Virus record (IMG/VR): IMGVR_UViG_3300014204_000019
Strand: one strand, 5' to 3'
Length of the DNA: 64,000 nucleotides
Origin: an uncultured virus (IMG/VR IMGVR_UViG_3300014204_000019)
Lineage: Duplodnaviria; Heunggongvirae; Uroviricota; Caudoviricetes
Part shown: in pieces, positions 48,390 to 58,311 of the stretch
Layout of the letters: each line of letters starts with the position of its first letter
Position numbering within the stretch: position 1 is the first letter of the stretch
Made by a program: the position numbers and the translations under genes
Notes under the pieces: generated by a model
Told to the model about the DNA's origin: nothing
What the model saw: the letters and a program-made list of their open reading frames with translations, nothing else
Database searches by the model: none

Positions 48390-48581
48390 TTATTCTTTTA
48401 AATAAATTCGGCCGTCTTTTTCTTCAACAAGATTATGTAAAATCATATCTCTACGAAGAGATGAACCTATAGGCTCGAAATCATTATCAAAATAAGTTAT
48501 AAGCGGACTTCCACCTGTATTTTTGATATAATCAAGATATACTTTATAACTATTATATAATTTTGAGGTAATGTTTTTCAT
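48390..48581 (-). CDS. hypothetical protein
   Basis: ORF track. Confidence 0.5.
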   Translation of the reverse strand: MKNITSKLYNSYKVYLDYIKNTGGSPLITYFDNDFEPIGSSLRRDMILHNLVEEKDGRIYLKE

Positions 48582-48596
48582 ATCTTTTATACTTTT

Positions 48597-48851
48597 TTAT
48601 TCTTTCCCATAATCATGATTTATTGCATCGGTTATGGCTTCAATAGTATTGAAGACCATTTTATCACATTCATAATGAATATGATCTAAAAACGCCGAAA
48701 TATCAGTCGGTGAAAGTGCATAAAATGGTTTCCAACAACATTTACACTTCCACATGACTCGACCTATTTTCTTATCGTTATAAGCGAAGAAATATTCATC
48801 ACGGAGTTTTGGGAAGTAGAATTTTGACATAAGATTATTTGCGCCCTTCAT
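48597..48851 (-). CDS. hypothetical protein
   Basis: ORF track. Confidence 0.5.
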   Translation of the reverse strand: MKGANNLMSKFYFPKLRDEYFFAYNDKKIGRVMWKCKCCWKPFYALSPTDISAFLDHIHYECDKMVFNTIEAITDAINHDYGKE

Positions 48852-49034
48852 AGTTAGGTGTATTAAGAATCAATCTTCGTGTGCTCAAAACCAAATGATT
48901 TAATGCATCCATTTTCACAAATAATATCAACACGATATACGTGTGGTATTATAAGAGAAGATGGATGATTAATTCGTCGTATTTAATGTGCTTGAAGTTT
49001 ATAATATAAGGTTGGGTTAAACTGCTGAGGAAAT

Positions 49035-49174
49035 AAAAAAGCCCGATTTCTTTTTATTTTTATTTTTATTTTTTAAGTTTCCGGAATACTTTATTCTATT
49101 ACCTGGGAGATAAAAAGAAAATAAAATATTTTACTTAAAAAATTTAAAAATATTAAAAAGAATCGGGCTTTTTT
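49035..49174. terminator. very long bidirectional terminator-like hairpin
   Basis: AAAAAAGCCCGATT / AATCGGGCTTTTTT with imperfect AT-rich inner stem; second 12-bp hairpin at 49185-49214. Confidence 0.65.
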
Positions 49175-49272
49175 TTACTTTAATTTAATGTTAAAGCGTA
49201 TTCTTTAACATTAAGATTACATCTTTAAACGTAAAACTTTAACGTGAAAGAAAGAGATAAATGGTATAAAAA

Positions 49273-49656
49273 TTACTTCAAATCCTGCATCTTCAAACCA
49301 AGCTTTGCAAGAGTAGCGAAAAGTTGTGCTTGTTCGTCTTCATTCAACATTTCTTTTGCATTCTTCTGGATTATTTTTGGAACAAGAGGCAATCTTGTTA
49401 ATTCTGCACGTTTATTCGCAATAGCTGTAGTGCGGAAAGAATTATTTATTTCTTCAACAAGTGAGGCTTCACCTTTTCCAGCTTCAATCGCTTCATAATG
49501 CGCGATGATATCGCTAACAGACTCGAATTGTGTAATATCAACGGTTGCGGTTTTTTTCTCAGAAGAAATAACTTCTTTTCCATCTACAACATTAACCTTT
49601 TTCAAAGAGTATGAAAATTCAACTGTTTTTGTCAATGACATTGTTTTGTTCTCCAT
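49273..49656 (-). CDS. hypothetical protein in its own transcription unit
   Basis: flanked by a strong promoter and terminators. Confidence 0.7.
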   Translation of the reverse strand: MENKTMSLTKTVEFSYSLKKVNVVDGKEVISSEKKTATVDITQFESVSDIIAHYEAIEAGKGEASLVEEINNSFRTTAIANKRAELTRLPLVPKIIQKNAKEMLNEDEQAQLFATLAKLGLKMQDLK

Positions 49657-49742
49657 TTTTTATTACTAATAAAGTTTGTTTTTTAATTAAAACTAAACTT
49701 TTCTGCAAAACACGCTTAACGTTTTGCTCGATTTCTGATATT

Positions 49743-49771
49743 AGTATACCACAGAATTCAACCGTTGTCAA
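49743..49771 (-). promoter_or_regulatory. sigma70-type promoter
   Basis: TTGACA-17 nt-TATACT with extended TG; GATTCCGC upstream. Confidence 0.85.
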
Positions 49772-49875
49772 GCGGAATCGGTCTATTTTTGGCTATGTGA
49801 GGTTTCCGATACGGAGCCGGCGTTATGAAGCTTGACGATTCCGCTTGACAGGTCAAAAACAGGGGCAAAACGCGT

Positions 49876-51082
49876 TCAAGATATTTTATTTTTTGTTTCC
49901 CGTAATATTACTTTATAAGTGCTATAAAATGTTGGATGTACATTTATAAAGCACATAACATTTATCCACGCTGTTTGTAAAGAAAACGAAAGAATCACTA
50001 ATGTATATTTCTTTCGTGACTCTTTTTCCATGTCGTAATAAAAGATTATAAAGGTATATTCATTCATAAGTTTGTTTATCCTTCTTTTGATGTGTACATT
50101 ATGATGAAAAAGTCATCACTTTTTGTAAACAAGTTTGATGTTTTTTGTGTTTCTTTAAGTAATTCAGATGTTACAAGTCGATAGTTTTGTAACGCTTTTT
50201 TGATGACAACGATGTTTTCGGCGGATAGTTTTATTTTTCTATATGTGGAAGAAGAACGTTTCGAAGTTTTTGAGGTTTTTGGGTTTTTTGAGGTTTTTTG
50301 TTCTGTTTCTTTTATTTCTTTTTCTAAATTTGACTTTTCCGCGGTAATAGATAATAAATCAGATTGTGTCATTTTTGTTTCCTTTCGTTTTATTACACTA
50401 TATTATTCTTAATATAGTGTTCTTACAAAGTATATGTAAATTTGCGTTTGTTTGCATATTTACCTCATAAATTTAATTGTTTATTAAATTTTATTGTCCT
50501 GAATGCTCTTTTAATAAATGCATAAAAGAGCTTCAGCAATACGAAAATCACAGCAATATCTAATAAAAGCGGATACATCTTTTTGTTCGATTAAAACCAC
50601 ATACTCATTTCCTTGATAAGCAACAATCTTAATACTTGGAAAAGTATCAGTTAAATCAACTAATACTTTTTCATATTCATAAGCGTGTATTTTATATATA
50701 AATATATTTTTACGACTTTTGCATAAAGGGCAAAAGTTTTCTTTAATCCTATAATATATTATAGGATGTTGTTCACCAAAAGATGAACCACCTTTGCATT
50801 TTATAAAATCTTTCATAAGATTATCCTTCTCTTTTTTTTATTTTGCATTAGTTTTCGATACTGTTTTAAACAATCTTTCCAGGAGGTATATACAAACCAT
50901 ATAAAGCATTTATCGTTTGCCAAAATCTCATATTGGGTAACGCTTTTATATACCACAATACGTATATTAACAGTACGATAGTGTACGTTGATTAAATTAT
51001 TAACCATTTTGGTTAATTGTGAGATTGTTGGAGCTTTAGAATTGCCGATTCGAAATATTTTATTTTCTTTTTCTTTTTTCAT
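49876..51082 (-). other. cluster of four small hypothetical early ORFs
   Basis: 49876..50067, 50076..50372, 50511..50816, 50813..51082. Confidence 0.5.
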
Positions 51083-51129
51083 GATGAAAAACCTTTCTCT
51101 TTTTATTTTATTTAAAATCTTATACAGAT

Positions 51130-54021
51130 TTATTCAATAACCCCGCACCAAATTATTCTACCATCCAGATCTCCAATCATACCTTGCCATTTTCCTACTT
51201 CTTTTTTATCTGTCAATGCCGGATCCCAAATCCAACCATTTTCATAATAAACCATATGTCTTTTATTCATTTCAACAAAATGAACTGAAAGAAACCCGCG
51301 TCCAGAAGTAGGAACTTTTACTTCTTGCATATTAAGGATTATTTTCTTTAAGGTTTCTTGCTGTGCTTTTATTTTTTCGTCGTCTTCAATATAAACAATA
51401 ATTTTGTATGGACGATATGTTTTATCAACGAATTCTTTATACTGTGAAGTCACAAATTCTCCACAATATTTTAACATAACTTTTTCCGCAACATCTAAAC
51501 TATAAACTTCATACGATTCACCCCAATTCGCTTCTCCAAGTTCTATTGAGTAATTTCTAACATCCTCAATAGAACTTTTAGATGCCATTGCAACGGAAGC
51601 AAGAAAGCACTCATTTTTACGTGGTGTTTCGAATTTTGTTGAGGAATTTACATTGTTAATTATAACAGCATCTTCGGAATCGTCATTTGCATTATTGTAA
51701 GTTATATGATCGTCGATGTTCTCTTTTGATAAAAGTTTAGGATCAAAACCTAAATTTTCTGTTAATGCGGCAGACATTGCTTTATTTGTCTTTAATGCCG
51801 CGATAACTTTTTCATCGATTGTATTCTTTGCTACTATATCTATTATCGTGAGTTTGTTTTGCATTCCAGGGCGGTGCGCTCTATCTTCAGACTGTGAACG
51901 TTCTACTTTTCTAAAAGAATTCGAAAAGTAAATCTCATATGATGCACCGATTAGATCTAATCCGGTTCCCGCGGCAACAACATGACCTACAAGAAAACGT
52001 AATTTATTATTTTTATCGTTGAATTCATTTTGTATTTGAAAACGTTTTGTAAAAGGTACGGATCCGTCAATTATCGCTACAGACTCTGGACCGTATAATT
52101 TAGATATGTTTTGTTTAAGTAAATGTAAGTCTTGTCGGAACTGTGACCATATAAGAAATTTACATTCTCCGTCATCAGCATCATCGATTGCTTCAAGAGT
52201 TTCATCAATTTTAGGATTTGATGGGAAATTTATTGCATTACCATATGAATCATATATCCATCCGTTTGCTGCTTCTGCTAATTTCATATTAAGTGCAAGA
52301 ATATGCGTTACACTGATTTTTTCACCTTTTCCTATTCTTTCGTCTAATTCCGCTTCAAGTTTATTCTTTAAATCGTCATATAGTTTTTGTTGTCCTGGAG
52401 ATAATTCCACAAGTCTTATTTCGTATGTTTTTTCTGGAAGATTCATACACTCTGATTTTTCGAAACGTAACGCACATGTTTCCATAAGTGTTCTCAATTC
52501 TTCCGTCGCGCCGTTCAACGGTTTATAAGACCAACCATCTTTTTTAAAATATTGTGATTTGAATTGACCATCAAGTTCACCATATGTTAATAATTTACTT
52601 GTGTCTGTGCGATGTGTTAAAATACTATTGAAGGTTTTTGCACCATTTAGAAATATAAATGGGCACTCAATATCATATAATTTATTTGCCGCGATAGTGC
52701 CGGACATAATTATTTTGTATGGTACTTCAAGAAATGCGTCGATTATATTTCCAGTGCGTTCGGCGGTTGGATTTTTTATTTTATGTACTTCATCGATTAT
52801 AACGAAGTCCCAATCGATACATTTAACAATATCAGCGAACTTTAATTCAACGTCTTCGCTATTATCATTTTTGAGCTTTGTTTTCATTGCGAATGCTTCA
52901 TAATTTATAAACTTCACGTCAACATCATTCAACATGATTTTTTGCATTCTTTCATAATATGAACCATCGACTATGATGGTTGAAAGATGCGGCGCATATG
53001 AAGCGAATGTGTTTTGTAATTGGATTAATGTTGCGGCGGGTGCTATATATAATACTTTGCCTTTACGACAAGTTTTTTCTTCATTAATTCGTGTATCAAT
53101 TGTCATAACGGTTGCAGGTGTTTTTCCTGTCCCCATTTGTGATAAATTCGCGAATTTCTTTAAACGCAATGAAACTTTCCACATTGTCCATTGATGATCA
53201 TAGGGTTTCCAATCTTTAACTGAAGTGTTTATTTTATACGTTTTTTCTGCTTCTGGTATACCGAACATACGATATGTTTTAATAAGTCGAACGGACTCTT
53301 TCATATAGTCTAATGATGGTTGAAGAAGACGCATAATTTCAGAAAGAATACCATTGCATTCAATCTCAACGTTAATAAGCTCGTTGTTGTACTCGATATT
53401 CTTGAATGTATAAATACTGTGTTTAAAGACTTTTTCTTTTTTGTTATTCGTCTTTATCTGTTTCTTAATATTAAAATCGATCTTTTGTTCTTTTAATAAA
53501 GCGTTAAGTTTATTTTTGAATTCAATAACCATTTGGTCTATTGATGATATTATATTTACTGAATCATCAAAGGAAAGATCTTGAATGTTATTCTCAAAAA
53601 TTCCATCGCTCACATTTTCAGTGGATTTTAATTGTGATATAATGGAATTTTTTACATTTGTGGAATTCACAGATAGTTGTTTTTGGAGTGCATTTAATAA
53701 AGCGGATTTTACCTTATCCGCCGGAACAGCAACTTCAATCGTGTTGATGTTATCGATTAGTTTTATCTCATCTTCATGAACATATGAAGATGCCGAATAA
53801 AACTTCAAATACGCTGGAAAGAATGGATAAAGTTCTTCACCATATTCGGTATAGCACATTCTACCGAACATTTTAACTAAAACTTTATGCTTATCCGAGT
53901 TATAAAAATCTTCATAACGTGGTTTGTTATTTTCATCTTTTGCAAACGTGAATTTAAGAAATTCTTCATTATCTTTGTTAAAATAGGCTTCGAGATACAT
54001 TGTTTTATTGTTATAAGACAT
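51130..54021 (-). CDS. SNF2-family helicase with C-terminal papain/C39-like domain
   Basis: MGTGKT, IIDEVH, MSGT, GTGLDL, QSEDRAHRPG; C-terminal NECFLASVAMA...HMVYYENGWIWDP. Confidence 0.88.
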   Translation of the reverse strand: MSYNNKTMYLEAYFNKDNEEFLKFTFAKDENNKPRYEDFYNSDKHKVLVKMFGRMCYTEYGEELYPFFPAYLKFYSASSYVHEDEIKLIDNINTIEVAVPADKVKSALLNALQKQLSVNSTNVKNSIISQLKSTENVSDGIFENNIQDLSFDDSVNIISSIDQMVIEFKNKLNALLKEQKIDFNIKKQIKTNNKKEKVFKHSIYTFKNIEYNNELINVEIECNGILSEIMRLLQPSLDYMKESVRLIKTYRMFGIPEAEKTYKINTSVKDWKPYDHQWTMWKVSLRLKKFANLSQMGTGKTPATVMTIDTRINEEKTCRKGKVLYIAPAATLIQLQNTFASYAPHLSTIIVDGSYYERMQKIMLNDVDVKFINYEAFAMKTKLKNDNSEDVELKFADIVKCIDWDFVIIDEVHKIKNPTAERTGNIIDAFLEVPYKIIMSGTIAANKLYDIECPFIFLNGAKTFNSILTHRTDTSKLLTYGELDGQFKSQYFKKDGWSYKPLNGATEELRTLMETCALRFEKSECMNLPEKTYEIRLVELSPGQQKLYDDLKNKLEAELDERIGKGEKISVTHILALNMKLAEAANGWIYDSYGNAINFPSNPKIDETLEAIDDADDGECKFLIWSQFRQDLHLLKQNISKLYGPESVAIIDGSVPFTKRFQIQNEFNDKNNKLRFLVGHVVAAGTGLDLIGASYEIYFSNSFRKVERSQSEDRAHRPGMQNKLTIIDIVAKNTIDEKVIAALKTNKAMSAALTENLGFDPKLLSKENIDDHITYNNANDDSEDAVIINNVNSSTKFETPRKNECFLASVAMASKSSIEDVRNYSIELGEANWGESYEVYSLDVAEKVMLKYCGEFVTSQYKEFVDKTYRPYKIIVYIEDDEKIKAQQETLKKIILNMQEVKVPTSGRGFLSVHFVEMNKRHMVYYENGWIWDPALTDKKEVGKWQGMIGDLDGRIIWCGVIE

Positions 54022-54254
54022 AGTGAGATTTCCTTTTTCTTTTATTTTTTTTGATTTTATTTAATTTATTCTACACCCGGTCTAATGTTTGATACGCTGA
54101 TAAGCGTAAACTTTTCATTCTTTTCACCCTCATTCATGTCAGAAATGAATTGTAACATTTCATAGAAAGTGAACCATTCTATTCGATATAGATTGCGATA
54201 ACCATCATAATAGACTATTAAGTAATTCATAAAAACTTCTTTTGTTTTGTTTTT

Positions 54255-55094
54255 TTATCCGATCCATTCTTTTGTTATTTCTTTGACTTTTTTTGACATT
54301 TGAAGAACTTCTTGATTTATTTGAATGCGACGTTGCATTTCGTATGTTTTTTTGATTTCGTTGATTTCTTCAGGTGTCTTTCTATTAACCAATTGCGTTT
54401 CATACATCGAAATGAAACGATCGGTTTTATCTTTTATCTCGTTAATATTATTCCGCGCGATATCGACAATATTTTGAAGAGTATGTTGTAATTTTGATGA
54501 GAAGTAACCATCACAAAAAGCACAACAGAAATATAAAACCTTGTGAGGTTTTCCATTCTTTTGATATTCAATATCATTTTCGGGTTTTATTTCACTTTCA
54601 GATTGTTGCTTGAATAGAATTTGTTGATACGCTTTGGTTTTTTCTCCCACTGTCGCGGCAGAACGTAAGATTAATTTCTTACATGTTGGATTGTTGCACA
54701 TGATGTATGTGGAGTTTGCCTCACACACAATTTGTGAAAGCTTTATTATAAGATTTTTTGTGACTCTTGAATTTGTATCCGAATTCTTCTGTAAGTCACT
54801 TATAAAATATACTATATCCTCAAGTGACATTTTAAATTCAATTGGGATAAGCGTTGATTTTATCTCATATTCAACATGATTTCTATAATTTAGTAAATGA
54901 GATTTTAAACAAAATTGATGATAAGGTTTGTTTTCATAAAAGATGACGTCCGGATTTGTGAAAACGTTTGTTAAAAGGTTGTTTGTAAAAGGTAAAAGTG
55001 GAAATAAATTTGAAATCTCTTTTTGACAATATGCACATTTTATTACTGAAGCATCGGATGTAATATTTACATTTACATTTACACCTACTTCCAT
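54255..55094 (-). CDS. hypothetical Cys-rich protein
   Basis: CAYC, YHQFC, CNNPTC, FCCAFC motifs. Confidence 0.55.
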   Translation of the reverse strand: MEVGVNVNVNITSDASVIKCAYCQKEISNLFPLLPFTNNLLTNVFTNPDVIFYENKPYHQFCLKSHLLNYRNHVEYEIKSTLIPIEFKMSLEDIVYFISDLQKNSDTNSRVTKNLIIKLSQIVCEANSTYIMCNNPTCKKLILRSAATVGEKTKAYQQILFKQQSESEIKPENDIEYQKNGKPHKVLYFCCAFCDGYFSSKLQHTLQNIVDIARNNINEIKDKTDRFISMYETQLVNRKTPEEINEIKKTYEMQRRIQINQEVLQMSKKVKEITKEWIG

Positions 55095-55165
55095 AAAACT
55101 TTGTCCTTTCGTTTTTTCGTTTTTTCGTTTTTTCGTTTTTTCGTTTTTTCTTTTGTTTCTTTTTT

Positions 55166-55837
55166 TTAATTTAAATCACAACATTCTTTAAGTAACATAT
55201 TCATTAATGAATATGCACTTTTCACTGAAATAGTCAGAAAATCATCCTTTATTAAATTAGGACGTTCCAAAAAGTTCGCAGCGTGTTGTATATTTAATCC
55301 GGTATAAGGATTTACACCAAACTCTTTCCACAAAAAGAAACGTTCCGGTTGTGGATGATTAAATGCATTATATCTTAGAAGATCTAATGCTGAAGAATCT
55401 GAAATGTTCTTCCAATTCGCGGTTAACATTATTGTTGGTGAAGGAAATAGCGTGTTCTTTAATTTTGCATGATACAAATTTACATTAAACATATTCGTAT
55501 TATGCAAACATGCGTTTCTTAAATTTACATCCCTAAAATCTCCATGCGATAAATTTGCACCTGATAAGTTAGCCTCAAAAAAATCCGATCCGCGTACTAT
55601 CGTGCAAGTAAAATTAGCTTCTATTAACTTTGCATTTTTAAAATCGGCGTTTTTAATCAGCATATTTGAAAAATCGCAACCGCTTAAATTTATATTACTA
55701 AAATCTACGTATGAAAGATTGTGGATTTTATTTCTACGTGTTTGCAAAAACTCTTTTACAGTAGAGACATCCGCTTGATGTACAATTTCATTTGTATCTT
55801 TACGTTTTAATATTATCATATATTTTCTTTTTAGCAC
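55166..55837 (-). CDS. pentapeptide repeat protein
   Basis: ADFKN AKLIE ANFTC ... ANLSG ANLSH repeats. Confidence 0.9.
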   Translation of the reverse strand: MLKRKYMIILKRKDTNEIVHQADVSTVKEFLQTRRNKIHNLSYVDFSNINLSGCDFSNMLIKNADFKNAKLIEANFTCTIVRGSDFFEANLSGANLSHGDFRDVNLRNACLHNTNMFNVNLYHAKLKNTLFPSPTIMLTANWKNISDSSALDLLRYNAFNHPQPERFFLWKEFGVNPYTGLNIQHAANFLERPNLIKDDFLTISVKSAYSLMNMLLKECCDLN

Positions 55838-56103
55838 TCCTCTCCAAGTAATACAGGAAAACCCACTTTTGCCAGAAAAAAAGTTCTGTCAACAAGTAAC
55901 TCTTTTCTATCAAAAGAAAACGCTACACAATATGAATCATGTGTTGAATCATAGAAATATCCAAGATAGTCTTTATCGTGAGATTCTAATTGAAGTCTTT
56001 TTATCCAGTATTCTGTATTTTTCACATAATAACATGTGTTATCAATAGCTCTTTCGATAATCAATTCATCTTCAAGCATTGCTTTTATGCGTAGTTTTGA
56101 CAT
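55831..56103 (-). CDS. hypothetical protein
   Basis: ORF track. Confidence 0.5.
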   Translation of the reverse strand: MSKLRIKAMLEDELIIERAIDNTCYYVKNTEYWIKRLQLESHDKDYLGYFYDSTHDSYCVAFSFDRKELLVDRTFFLAKVGFPVLLGEEC

Positions 56104-56322
56104 ATTTTGTTTTTCCTTTTTTCTTGAATGAAGAAATCTGTTTCTTTACCGAAAAACAAACAAAAAACTCTTTTACCTAACTGAATTGTTATTTGCATTT
56201 TTTCACCTTAAAGAATCAAAATAAAATACACCTCTAAAAATGGACTTGGAAATCGAGTCCTTCTATATATAGAGAGCCGATCCCTATTCAACATTTTAAA
56301 AATGTACTAAAAGAATCTTTTC

Positions 56323-57054
56323 TTAAACTTTGTTTTCTTGACTTTTTACACCCAAATTCATAATCCTATTAAACTCGTTTTCATTCTCCTGTTCTTCAAG
56401 TTTTCTTTTTTCTTTTTCGATTTCTTCATTTGAGAGTTTATTTTCATTAAGTATCTCTAACGAATATCTCGCTTCTTGCGTTCGTAGTGAATCTATAAAA
56501 CCTGGAGAACTTTTAAGTAGTTCGATATTGGGATTTGTGGATTTAAAAGATGGTTTTTCTTTATTATTTTCTTCTACTGTGTTGTTTTGTTCCATTAAAT
56601 TTAAAAAATCTGCTAACGCGTTATTATTGCTTATACTTGCGTTTATACTTGCGTTTTCCGGATCCTTCAATGCAATGATTTCTTTTTCTTTTCTTATTAC
56701 TTGTTCTTTTGCGCGTTCTGCGTTCGCTATCATTTTTAAGGTAGCAAAATATTGTTTCTTTGGGGCAATCTTTTTTAATGTGATTAAGATATCGAGATTT
56801 TTAATAATCTCTTTTCTCTTTTCGATGTCTGTGATCACTTCAGCTTCAATCATCAACATGACATCTTTAACATCGTATGATTTTATGTCTTTTATTGCGC
56901 TTTCCGCGGGAATTCTCATACACTTATTACTTTCATCAAACTTGAAAGTTCCCAATTGTTTTGTTCGTGATATTCTATATTTAACCTCATTAGGAAGTAA
57001 AAACATATACATAACATTATCGTCAGAATTATTATTTCCGTTATTTTTTCGCAT
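56323..57054 (-). CDS. hypothetical protein, first gene of the leftward early arm
   Basis: AGGAG RBS; promoter 57147-57175 upstream. Confidence 0.7.
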   Translation of the reverse strand: MRKNNGNNNSDDNVMYMFLLPNEVKYRISRTKQLGTFKFDESNKCMRIPAESAIKDIKSYDVKDVMLMIEAEVITDIEKRKEIIKNLDILITLKKIAPKKQYFATLKMIANAERAKEQVIRKEKEIIALKDPENASINASISNNNALADFLNLMEQNNTVEENNKEKPSFKSTNPNIELLKSSPGFIDSLRTQEARYSLEILNENKLSNEEIEKEKRKLEEQENENEFNRIMNLGVKSQENKV

Positions 57055-57139
57055 AAAATTATATTACGTTCTCCTATTTTTTAATTTTTTACACACTAAA
57101 AAGTGTTTGTTTTATTTTGTTTGGTGTTTCGCTTAGTTA

Positions 57140-57658
57140 GTAGATTAGTTTACCACATCTTTACCTATTTGTCAAGCTAGTTCTTTACCTACCTAACTAC
57201 TTCTTCTTTCGCCTCTAACCTATTGATTCCAAAGGACTTACCAAGTTGGTTAGTAGTTTGGAGGTAGTTTTCACTCTTTTTGAAGGTTAGGGGGGGGTGG
57301 CACTCTTTTTCTTCTTTCGACTACTTCTTTTTTACTTTCTAGTATATACTCAAATTAATATATACTCAAAACTACTCAAAAAAACACATAGTACATTACT
57401 ATCTAATCTAATAATAAATATATATATAAAAAATAAGAAGTATTGTAGTAGTATGTTTTGGTTGTAGTTTTTAGAAGTGAGGTAGAAGAAAAAGAGTGCC
57501 TAGGGGTATGCTGATTTTTTAGTAAAACTACCATCAAACTACTTCCATTCATCCATAAACATAATAAAATCAATCACTTAGCGTTACTAACTACTAACTA
57601 GAACACTAGGTAAACTCCTAACTAAAAATATGGTTAAAACTCATATAAACTAATCTAC
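57140..57658. repeat. nested imperfect inverted repeat centred near 57399
   Basis: four concentric arm pairs including a perfect 17-bp pair (57299-57315 / 57484-57500). Confidence 0.85.
57147..57175 (-). promoter_or_regulatory. sigma70-type promoter
   Basis: TTGACA-17 nt-TAAACT with extended TG. Confidence 0.8.
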
Positions 57659-57876
57659 AAACTAGTCAAAATATTATTTTATGCCGTGTTTTGTTAAATA
57701 AAAATAGTATTATTTTTAAAACAAGAAGAAACTTTTCAAAAAATCAAAATCTTTCGTAACGTTTGTTAAAGAATGTTAAAAAATTCGGACACGAAATTTT
57801 CGATAAGTGTATTTTTCTCTTTTTTATATTATGTTCTCTTGTTGATTTTTTAACATACTAAAATGTTAGTTTGAAA

Positions 57877-57981
57877 TTCCGTAGAATAGAACAGCGTTCC
57901 GCAGAACGGAACAGAATTAAAAACTAAAATTTTAGTAGCATTTTGATTCCGTAGAGTGAAATTTTGTTCCGCCAAATGAAA
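57877..57981. promoter_or_regulatory. four TTCCG-N5-YRRAA boxes (operator/enhancer-like)
   Basis: starts at 57877, 57897, 57947, 57967 (two pairs, each spaced 20 bp). Confidence 0.65.
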
Positions 57982-58024
57982 TTTTATTTTGATTTTGATT
58001 TTCTTTTTCAATTTATCATACTGT

Positions 58025-58042
58025 ATGCAAAAAGTATGCCAA
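58025..58042 (-). promoter_or_regulatory. sigma54-type -24/-12 promoter (leftward)
   Basis: TTGGCATACTTTTTGCAT, GG-N10-GC spacing. Confidence 0.6.
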
Positions 58043-58045
58043 AAA

Positions 58046-58152
58046 ACTGTCCACTTTCTTGACAGTGTAAACTTTCTGGACAGTCGTGTTAAACTTAATA
58101 GAATCATACATTTAGAAAGAAAAAGTGAAAAAACTGTCCAAAAAATTGACAG
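58046..58152. promoter_or_regulatory. three TGT-N11-ACA enhancer-like palindromes
   Basis: CTGTCCACTTTCTTGACAG, GTGTAAACTTTCTGGACAG, CTGTCCAAAAAATTGACAG. Confidence 0.65.
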
Positions 58153-58265
58153 CGATACGAAATCAGGAGAAAAAATAAAAATATGCTCCTATATATAGGA
58201 GCCCGTAACCCCATATAACATAATGAGTTATGAGGATAAAAATATATTATTAAAAAATAGTGTAA

Positions 58266-58283
58266 TTGGCATACCGGTTGCAT
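58266..58283 (+). promoter_or_regulatory. sigma54-type -24/-12 promoter (rightward)
   Basis: TTGGCATACCGGTTGCAT, followed by GGAGG and ATG 58312. Confidence 0.72.
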
Positions 58284-58311
58284 ATATAATATACCGGAGG
58301 TAAAAAACATT

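Noticed and set aside
49845..49875. Rightward sigma70 promoter at TTGACA 49845
   Set aside because: No -10 element at the proper spacing.
56528..57136. 202-aa + strand ORF and similar antisense ORFs (e.g. 7233..7679, 52106..52528)
   Set aside because: Shadows of well-supported genes on the opposite strand.
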